This document shows positions 8,060 through 14,166 of a DNA stretch of 14,166 bases, one piece after another. Within the stretch, counting starts at the first letter, position 1. The number at the start of each line of letters is the position of its first letter. The position numbers and the translations under genes are program-made. The notes under the pieces were generated by a model, which made no database searches, was not told the DNA's origin, and saw only the letters and a program-made list of their open reading frames with translations. The stretch is taken from contig CBDUYR010000061.1 of assembly GCA_965371515.1 (NCBI GenBank), forward strand, positions 1 to 14,166, in the 5' to 3' direction. The stretch comes from an uncultured bacterium. GTDB taxonomy: Bacteria; Krumholzibacteriota; Krumholzibacteriia; Krumholzibacteriales; Krumholzibacteriaceae.

Positions 8060-9406
8060 ATGCAGAGACACATATGGAAGACATCTATCGCCGTAATGGC
8101 CGCCGCCGTATTGCTCATGGCGGGATGCGGCGGAGAGAAGAGCGGAGAGAAGAAGGAAAAGGAATCTCTCGAGGAGATTCCCGAGATAGAGACGGACGTG
8201 AACCTCGTCGTTAATCCGGGATTCGAGGAATGGAATGGCTACAAGCCGGCCGAATGGACGATGAGGGTCTTTGCGGGTGAAGGCAAGAGTCTATCCTTCT
8301 ACGGGAAGAGCGACAAGAGTGGGAGCGGGGAGTCTTCGTTCTATCTTCGCGGCCTGTACAACACCGAAAAGTGGATGGTGGCAACGCAGCGGTTTCCCGT
8401 GCGTCCCGGCCACGATATCGTCTTCTCGGCCAACATCATGACCGAGGACATCGAACATAGCCGCGGCCAGGAGGATAACTGCGGAGTATATGTGCGGTTC
8501 CTCGACGGTGACGGTGAGAGGCTCAGCGACAGGTATTTCGCCGACGCATGGACGAGAAAGAGGACGGGTACCAGCGGCTGGCGCAAGGAAAGGATGAAGG
8601 CGGAGATCCCCGACGGCGCCCGCATCCTGGAGATCGGCGTCGTCAACCAGATGACGGGGTACGCCTATTTCGACGATGTGAGTCTGGTCATCAAGGAGAA
8701 GATAGACTGGGAGTCGAGGGACGCGAAATTCATCACGTACAACTGGTTCGAGAGGCGCCCATTCCCGCCCGAGGATATGGAGAAGGTGTCCGGGCTGATC
8801 GAGGGGATCGCAAAAGAAGCCGGTATAAAGAAGATCGAGGGCAGGATCAACTATTTCCTCTATCCCGACGAGGAAACGTTCATGAAGATCCTCGACAGGC
8901 CGAAGTACAAGACGGCGGCCCGATGGGACAAGAAGGAGCTCCATGACATCAAGCCGTTCAACGACCACGAGATCATCCATCTGATCCTCTACGACCTGGG
9001 ATTCCCGCCGGTCGGCCTCTCAAAAGGATTTGTCTTCTACTTCAGAGCGAAGTACAACAATTGGGACATGCACATCCGTTCGAAACGGTTCCTCATGCAG
9101 AAGCAGATCCCCGGCCTGTACCACACGATCCATCCGGACAAGTGGAGGAAGGTAGACCACGCGGTGGTCGTTCCGGCCTGGGCGTCGTTCGTCGAATATC
9201 TCATTAATAAATACGGCATGGATACCTTCAAGAAACTGTATGCCGAAACCACCGACATAAACGATGCGGGGCCGTTCAGCGAGAAATTCAGGGACATCTA
9301 TGGACTCGATTTCCAGGAGACCGACAGGGCCTGGCGCCTCTTTATCATGCGCTACGAGGGTACGGCGGCGGCCGACACTCTTCCCGACGCCGAAGAGGCA
9401 CAGTAG
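8060..9406 (+). CDS. Lipoprotein with a CBM4/9-like jelly-roll domain and a C-terminal peptidase MA-like domain
   Basis: Signal peptide ending LLMAG-C (lipobox) and a charged linker; NLVVNPGFEE...AYFDDVSL typical of CBM-like domains; HEIIH followed by WASFVEYLINKYG..FKKLY as in peptidase MA-like domains; GGAGGG RBS. Confidence 0.7.
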   Translation: MQRHIWKTSIAVMAAAVLLMAGCGGEKSGEKKEKESLEEIPEIETDVNLVVNPGFEEWNGYKPAEWTMRVFAGEGKSLSFYGKSDKSGSGESSFYLRGLYNTEKWMVATQRFPVRPGHDIVFSANIMTEDIEHSRGQEDNCGVYVRFLDGDGERLSDRYFADAWTRKRTGTSGWRKERMKAEIPDGARILEIGVVNQMTGYAYFDDVSLVIKEKIDWESRDAKFITYNWFERRPFPPEDMEKVSGLIEGIAKEAGIKKIEGRINYFLYPDEETFMKILDRPKYKTAARWDKKELHDIKPFNDHEIIHLILYDLGFPPVGLSKGFVFYFRAKYNNWDMHIRSKRFLMQKQIPGLYHTIHPDKWRKVDHAVVVPAWASFVEYLINKYGMDTFKKLYAETTDINDAGPFSEKFRDIYGLDFQETDRAWRLFIMRYEGTAAADTLPDAEEAQ

Positions 9407-9426
9407 GAGCGGAACCGCGAAGGATC

Positions 9427-9930
9427 ATGAAAAGGCTTTTCAGATATTGCCCGCACTGCAGCGCAGGGCTGGAGAAGACGGAAGAGGGCGGCACTCCCCG
9501 CATGAGATGCGGGGAATGCGGATTCGTCCAGTACCTCAATCCGGCGCCGGCGGCCGGTATCCTCGTGCGGGATGATGAGGGTCGGGTGCTCCTCGTTCGC
9601 CGGAAGTTCGAGCCGTTCGCGGGGCTGTGGACGATGCCCGCCGGTTTCATCGAGTACGGAGAAGAAGTCGCGGAGACAGCGGTCCGCGAGCTCGAGGAAG
9701 AGACCGGCCTGGTCATCGAGATCGATGGGATTCATGCCGTTGAATCGTGCAGGGACGACCCGAGGGGAAATACCGTGCTTGTGCTCTTCGTCGGCCATGT
9801 GAAGGGCGGGAAACTCGAGGCCGGAGACGACGCCGAGGAAGTGGGCTTCTTTTCCCTCGATTCGCTGCCTGAGATAGCGTTCACCTGCCAGATAAAAGTG
9901 CTTGGAAGGCTGGTCAGCGGCCTGAGCTGA
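9427..9930 (+). CDS. Nudix hydrolase with N-terminal zinc ribbon
   Basis: YCPHC...CGECGFVQYLNP, then Nudix box GFIEYGEEVAETAVRELEEETG and AGDDA. Confidence 0.92.
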   Translation: MKRLFRYCPHCSAGLEKTEEGGTPRMRCGECGFVQYLNPAPAAGILVRDDEGRVLLVRRKFEPFAGLWTMPAGFIEYGEEVAETAVRELEEETGLVIEIDGIHAVESCRDDPRGNTVLVLFVGHVKGGKLEAGDDAEEVGFFSLDSLPEIAFTCQIKVLGRLVSGLS

Positions 9931-9954
9931 TTTCGCAGGCCGGTCGCGCCCCGG

Positions 9955-10074
9955 TTACCCGCGCCGCGCGTTTTTTTCCTTCTCCTTACGTATCACGAAC
10001 AGGATGCAGGAGACAAAGCCTCCCCAGACCAGCCCGCAGATCACTATCATCATCGCGATTGCCGACCCGCTCAT
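9955..10074 (-). CDS. MetS-like small subunit of an NSS transporter (39 aa)
   Basis: MSGSAIAMMIVICGLVWGGF...RKEKEKNARRG: single TM helix with the WGG motif and a basic tail. ATG overlaps the NSS stop (ATGA, 10074-10071), with AGGTGGAG upstream. The 104-aa ORF in the track is over-extended. Confidence 0.85.
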   Translation of the reverse strand: MSGSAIAMMIVICGLVWGGFVSCILFVIRKEKEKNARRG

Positions 10075-11609
10075 AGCTCCACCTTTCCCGCGCCATCCTG
10101 TGAGTCCGCCGCACGCCCGCCGAAGAGAAGCAAGGTGATCCTTCTCTGAAAGACGAACATAAGAATGATGAGGATCCCCCACTGCGCAATGCAGGTCCCG
10201 ACGCTGAATGGTCTCAGCGGATCCCACCAGCGCTCCGGATCGTAGACCAGGATCGCCTGGGTGAACCACCAGATGATCAGGGCCGCGAACTCGATCGGGA
10301 TCACATACTTGACGAGGATGTTGAAGCTCTTCCCGATCTTTATGTCGTTATCCTCGTTGTCGAGGAGTTCGCTGCGGAACCGTTCGACGCCGTATCCGAT
10401 CACGGTCGCCGCGAAGAGAAGGCCGCTGAGGAGCAGACCGAGGCTCCAGACCCAGTCCTGGTTCTGAAAAAACGACGTGTTGAGAGCCGAGGGCAGTCCG
10501 AGCAGGAAGATCGACGTACCGACGATCGCGATCCCCTTCTTTCTTGTCAGGCCGAAGTCCATCACGTTCCGCGTACCCATCTCGATCATCGAGATCAGGG
10601 AAGAGATCGCCGCGATCGAGAGCGCCAGAAAGAACATGAAGAGAAAAAATCTCCCGCCTGGGATCTCCTCAAACAGCTTCGGTATCCAGATGAAGGTCAT
10701 CCCCGTGCTGAGCGGCCCGGTGTCCTGCGCTACCTCGACCGCCTGTGCGGCGGGAAGGATGGCGAAGACGGTCGGGATCACGGCGAGTGCGGCAAGCAGT
10801 GAGGCTGAGTTGTTGCCGAGCCCGGCGAGAACGGAGTTGGCGACGATGTCGTCGTTCTTTCTCATGTATACCGCATAGGTGAGGATCAGTCCCCAGCCCG
10901 CGCCGGTCGACCATGCGCTCTGCGTGAGTCCCTGCAGCCAGATCCTGTAGTCGAGGAGCGCCCCCCAGTTCATCCCGAAGAGATATTCGAGTCCGGCGGA
11001 GGCGCCAGGAAGGGTGACCGCCCTTACGACGGCGATGATCAGCAGCAGGAAGAGTGCGGGCAGCAGGATCCGGTTCGCCCTCTCGATGCCTTTGACCACA
11101 CCGCGGTAGATGATGCACGAGCCTGCGAGTACACCGAAGAGGTGGAACAATACCGGCTGCCATCCGGAGGTGTTGAACGAAGTCCAGAACGATGTGCGCT
11201 CGCTGCCCCAGAGGCCGCCCCCCGGCAGGGCGCTGCCGGACCCGCCCCAGCCCGAGACGATGTCGACGAGCGCGGCAAAAGTGTACCTGAAGCACCAGCC
11301 CGTCACGACGCAGTAATAGAAGGTGATCGCCAGCGTGCAGAACCCGATGAAGCCGCCCATCCATGTGTGCCTGCGGTTCATCGACCCGAATGCGCCGATC
11401 GTTCCCATCCTCGTCTTCTTGCCGATGCCGAACTCGATCATCAGCAGGGGTATCGACCAGAGGAAGAGGAAGATCAGCCAGGGGATGAGGAAGGGAGCGC
11501 CGCCGTTTTGTGCGACGACCCTCGGGAATCTCCAGATGTTGCCGGTGCCGACCGCCATTCCGAGGGCGGCGAGCAGCAGCGACCATCTCGAGGTAAAGGT
11601 CTCTTTCAT
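10071..11609 (-). CDS. Sodium-dependent transporter, NSS/SLC6 family
   Basis: RETF-like start (KETFTSRW), AVGTGNIWRFP, NGGAPFLIP, E..IG, GVVKGIERAN, RAVTLPGA..GL, and about 12 hydrophobic segments. Confidence 0.95.
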   Translation of the reverse strand: MKETFTSRWSLLLAALGMAVGTGNIWRFPRVVAQNGGAPFLIPWLIFLFLWSIPLLMIEFGIGKKTRMGTIGAFGSMNRRHTWMGGFIGFCTLAITFYYCVVTGWCFRYTFAALVDIVSGWGGSGSALPGGGLWGSERTSFWTSFNTSGWQPVLFHLFGVLAGSCIIYRGVVKGIERANRILLPALFLLLIIAVVRAVTLPGASAGLEYLFGMNWGALLDYRIWLQGLTQSAWSTGAGWGLILTYAVYMRKNDDIVANSVLAGLGNNSASLLAALAVIPTVFAILPAAQAVEVAQDTGPLSTGMTFIWIPKLFEEIPGGRFFLFMFFLALSIAAISSLISMIEMGTRNVMDFGLTRKKGIAIVGTSIFLLGLPSALNTSFFQNQDWVWSLGLLLSGLLFAATVIGYGVERFRSELLDNEDNDIKIGKSFNILVKYVIPIEFAALIIWWFTQAILVYDPERWWDPLRPFSVGTCIAQWGILIILMFVFQRRITLLLFGGRAADSQDGAGKVEL

Positions 11610-11657
11610 CCGATGATTTCCATTACCCGTCGATCTCCATCATTTGATTATTTCCAT
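11607..11657 (-). repeat. Three imperfect tandem 17-nt repeats spanning the cyclophilin stop to the NSS start
   Basis: Minus strand: ATGGAAATAATCAAATG / ATGGAGATCGACGGGTA / ATGGAAATCATCGGATG. Confidence 0.8.
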
Positions 11658-13697
11658 GCCGAAGGTGTCCCCGACCTCTATCCGGTCGACGACCTCCATC
11701 CCGCTGACGACCTTTCCGATTATCGTATACCTGCCGTTGAGGTGGGGCTGCGGCATTTGCGTGATGAAGAACTGGCTTCCCGGCGTGTCCTTGCCGCTGT
11801 GTGCCATGCCGACGTAGCCTCGCTCGTACCTGTGCGAGTTGAACTGGCTCCTGAGGAACCACCCCGCGTCGCCCCATCCGTCCCCGCGCGGGCAACCGCC
11901 CTGCACGACGAATCCGGGGACGACCCGATGGAAATTCAGCCCGTTGTAAAACCCCTCCTCTATCAGATGGAGGACGCTTTTCACGATATTCGGCGCATCG
12001 TCGCCGAAGAGTTCAATGTCGATCAGTCCTCTTTCAGTCGTTATGCGGACCATCTTCTTGCCGAGCGGCAGGGCCGGCTTTCCCCACGGGTATTTTCCGC
12101 GGTCCCATTCCACGGCGCGGGCTGGATCGTATGATACCGCGGCGCCGTATTTCCTGGCCGCTCCGGCGGCCGCTTCGGCGACCCTCGGATCGCTTTCCCG
12201 GACGACCGCTTCCTTGAGCAGGATGATGATATTGCTTCTTCCGACGTCTTCGAGGTCGCCTTCGTCGACGAGGTCCTCGAAGACGGCGATGATCGCGAGC
12301 TTCCTGTCGCAGTCCTCTCGTCTGCCCGATCCCCTGAATATCTCAACAAGCCTGTCCGTCCCTCCGAGCGCCCTTTTTCCTCCGAGGGCCTCGACGGCCA
12401 TCGTAGCCACTACCGGGTCGTCGCCTCCAGCGGAATCCAGGAGGGCGTCGAATGCCGTACGGCCGCTGGTGCCGAGAGGCAGCAGGATGTGTTCGTCTTT
12501 TTCGATATTTTTCAATCCCGCCGCCGCGCCTTCACGCTCGAGATGGTTCACCGAGCTGTCCAGCGTCTCGACGAGCAGCAGTATGTCCTCCTCGTTTCCG
12601 ATCGCGCCGATGAACTCGAGAGCGGCCATGCGGTCGTATGCTCCGCCGTTGCGGACGATTTCGAGAATGAATGGACGGGCCTTTTCCGCGTCGGTCGCTG
12701 CTGCGGCCTCTATCGCCGAGCGCCTGACCATCTGCGAGCGATCCTTCAGGAGAGGCAGGACACGTTCGAACGATTCGTCCCTTCGCGCTACGGCGATGCC
12801 GCGCAGGGCGAGATCCTTGAGGTAGGCGTCGTCCGAGTCAAGCAACGTCTCGAGCTTCTCGGCGGCCTTGTCATTGCCGATCCTCGAGAGGGCTTCGGCC
12901 GCCTTGATCCTCATCATGCGGTTCCTGTGTGTGAGCAGTACGGCGATAGGCTCGACGGCATCCTTTGCCTTCAACCTGCCGAGCGCTTCGGCCGAGCGCA
13001 TGACGACCCACATGTTCTCGTGGTCGCAAAACTCGGCGAGCTCATGGTTGAGCTTATTGTACTCGAGGCGCCCGTACGCATAGGCGGTCTGCTCTATCAC
13101 ATTGGCGTCGGGGTCGTATATCGAGCCGACGCACATCGTGGCCAGGTCGGGATCGCCCAGCACGGCCAACGCGACTACCGCCTGCGCCCTGACCGTCGAG
13201 TGAAAATTCGTAAGCATTGCCGATATTATCGGCGCGGCATCCTTGAGCCTCGTGATGCCGAGGGCCTCGAGCGCGACGAGTTTCTGTTTCTTCGCACCCT
13301 GCTTCAGCGCCTTTTCGAGCGGCTCGAGCGCCGCTTCGTCCATCGTCAGCCCGAGGGAGTAGATCGCTGCGAAAACCACCTCTTTGTCTGAATCCTCGGC
13401 GAGCTTCGCAAGATGTGACACCGCCCCCCCGGCCTTGCCGACGCGGCCGAGCACCTCGGCGCACCTCAGCCTGATCAACGGATCGGAATCGCTGACGTAT
13501 TTTTCGATCCCGGCGATTTTCCGGGAATCCTCCATCGCGGCGAGATCGGTGAGCTTCGCGCGTGCCGTCTTGCTCATCATGAGCTTGTCGTACCTGCCCG
13601 CCGCTTCCACCGGAGCGGATGTGAAAGCGAGCGCGAGCGTCAGGGACGAGATTCCGAGAATGAGAACGAGGGCGGAGAATATGAACGGTCTTCGCAT
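11640..13697 (-). CDS. Secreted HEAT-repeat protein with a C-terminal cyclophilin-type peptidyl-prolyl isomerase domain (685 aa)
   Basis: Signal peptide MRRPFIF...VEA; repeated D.D..(V/I)R..A..ALG HEAT motifs; cyclophilin motifs GFYNGLNFHRVVPGFVVQGG, GMAHSGKDTPGSQFFI and PHLNGRYTIIGKV. Start placed at 13697 because of the GGAGGT RBS and because ATG 13757 overlaps the predicted -35. Confidence 0.9.
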   Translation of the reverse strand: MRRPFIFSALVLILGISSLTLALAFTSAPVEAAGRYDKLMMSKTARAKLTDLAAMEDSRKIAGIEKYVSDSDPLIRLRCAEVLGRVGKAGGAVSHLAKLAEDSDKEVVFAAIYSLGLTMDEAALEPLEKALKQGAKKQKLVALEALGITRLKDAAPIISAMLTNFHSTVRAQAVVALAVLGDPDLATMCVGSIYDPDANVIEQTAYAYGRLEYNKLNHELAEFCDHENMWVVMRSAEALGRLKAKDAVEPIAVLLTHRNRMMRIKAAEALSRIGNDKAAEKLETLLDSDDAYLKDLALRGIAVARRDESFERVLPLLKDRSQMVRRSAIEAAAATDAEKARPFILEIVRNGGAYDRMAALEFIGAIGNEEDILLLVETLDSSVNHLEREGAAAGLKNIEKDEHILLPLGTSGRTAFDALLDSAGGDDPVVATMAVEALGGKRALGGTDRLVEIFRGSGRREDCDRKLAIIAVFEDLVDEGDLEDVGRSNIIILLKEAVVRESDPRVAEAAAGAARKYGAAVSYDPARAVEWDRGKYPWGKPALPLGKKMVRITTERGLIDIELFGDDAPNIVKSVLHLIEEGFYNGLNFHRVVPGFVVQGGCPRGDGWGDAGWFLRSQFNSHRYERGYVGMAHSGKDTPGSQFFITQMPQPHLNGRYTIIGKVVSGMEVVDRIEVGDTFGMEIIK

Positions 13698-13731
13698 GTC
13701 GTTACCTCCGGGGAACGTAAATGGAAGTGCT

Positions 13732-13761
13732 ATTATAGATATTTCGTTGCTGCTCATTCAA
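13732..13761 (-). promoter_or_regulatory. Putative sigma70-type promoter of the cyclophilin-NSS-MetS operon
   Basis: Minus strand: TTGAAT (13761-13756), 18-nt spacer, perfect TATAAT (13737-13732). Confidence 0.7.
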
Positions 13762-13790
13762 TTGCAATCTGACCGGCGAAATTGTATTTT
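13762..13790 (+). promoter_or_regulatory. Putative sigma70-type promoter of the C69 peptidase gene
   Basis: TTGCAA (13762-13767), 17-nt spacer, TATTTT (13785-13790). Confidence 0.45.
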
Positions 13791-13830
13791 ATCCGGTACG
13801 TAACCGCCCCGAGCCGAAAGGAAACAACAA

Positions 13831-14166
13831 ATGAGAAGGTTCCATTTCCCGTCGTTCCCCATAGTGACCGGTCTTGCTGCAATAACCCCTGCAATTGTCA
13901 TTCCCGCAGCGGTCATACTTCTTGCGATAATAACGGCTTGCGCCGTCTCTACGGCTTCCGCCTGCACAAACATACTGGTCACGAGGGGAGCGTCAGCCGA
14001 CGGCTCGGTGATGATCACCTACGCGTGCGACGGCGAGTTCCATCCTCACATGACATATACGCTTCCCGAGGATCACGAGCCGGGAGACTCGCTCGAGCTG
14101 CGCGACTGGGGCGGGAAGCTCCGCGGAAAGATCGCCCAGCCGGCCCATACGTACGGCGTCGTTCAC
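13831..14166 (+). CDS. Secreted C69-family (Ntn-hydrolase) dipeptidase, 3'-truncated by the window edge
   Basis: Hand translation: MRRFHFPSFPIVTGLAAITPAIVIPAAVILLAIITACAVSTASA|CTNILVTRGASADGSVMITYACDGEF...GKIAQPAHTYGVVH. CT.ILV..GAS.DGS is the C69 N-terminal nucleophile motif (Cys codon 13963-13965). AAAGGA RBS at 13817-13822; no stop before the window end. Confidence 0.88.
   Translation, partial: MRRFHFPSFPIVTGLAAITPAIVIPAAVILLAIITACAVSTASACTNILVTRGASADGSVMITYACDGEFHPHMTYTLPEDHEPGDSLELRDWGGKLRGKIAQPAHTYGVVH

Noticed and set aside
8036..8062. lon TGA in frame with the lipoprotein ATG (readthrough or selenocysteine)
   Set aside because: The lipoprotein has its own strong RBS and signal peptide, Lon is complete, and no SECIS-like hairpin is evident.
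9960..9977. CGCG-CCG-CGCG followed by T7, as terminator of the lon operon
   Set aside because: Only a 4-bp stem, and the T-run is explained by Glu-Lys-Asn codons of the MetS-like gene on the other strand. A weak dual role cannot be excluded.
11610..11642. Cyclophilin TGA in frame with the NSS start (readthrough fusion or selenocysteine)
   Set aside because: No SECIS-like hairpin; fusing an exported protein to the cytoplasmic NSS N-terminus is topologically implausible; the phase follows from the repeat structure.
13698..13757. Extended N-terminus (MSSNEISII...) of the HEAT-cyclophilin in the ORF track
   Set aside because: It has no RBS and overlaps the predicted promoter, whereas ATG 13697 has GGAGGT and begins a typical signal peptide.
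13758..14018. 86-aa minus-strand ORF
   Set aside because: Antisense to the C69 peptidase gene, which has the RBS and family motif.

Overview
GC-rich bacterial chromosomal window with 12 supportable protein-coding genes and no RNA genes, CRISPR arrays or mobile elements that I can see. Left to right: pcm (5'-truncated) and an HDAC-family deacetylase (+); a minus-strand pair of a Tat-signal DUF362 protein and a NapH/NapG-like polyferredoxin membrane protein; a SpoIIE/RsbU-type PP2C phosphatase (+); a LonC-type protease, a CBM-like/peptidase-MA-like lipoprotein and a Zn-ribbon Nudix hydrolase (+); a minus-strand run of HEAT-repeat cyclophilin, NSS (SLC6) transporter and MetS-like 39-aa subunit; and a C69-family dipeptidase running off the right edge. 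The last gene is missing from the ORF track, and the 39-aa gene appears there only as the tail of a longer ORF. The most unusual signals are: (i) three tandem 17-nt repeats between the cyclophilin and NSS genes that create two 5-codon mini-ORFs chained by stop/start overlaps; (ii) a perfect 9-1-9 palindrome over the predicted lon transcription start; (iii) a 31-bp dyad over the DUF362 operon promoter; (iv) an internal twin-arginine motif in the polyferredoxin; (v) a lipoprotein with HExxH whose probable third zinc ligand is Lys. All family calls come from motif recognition, not database searches.
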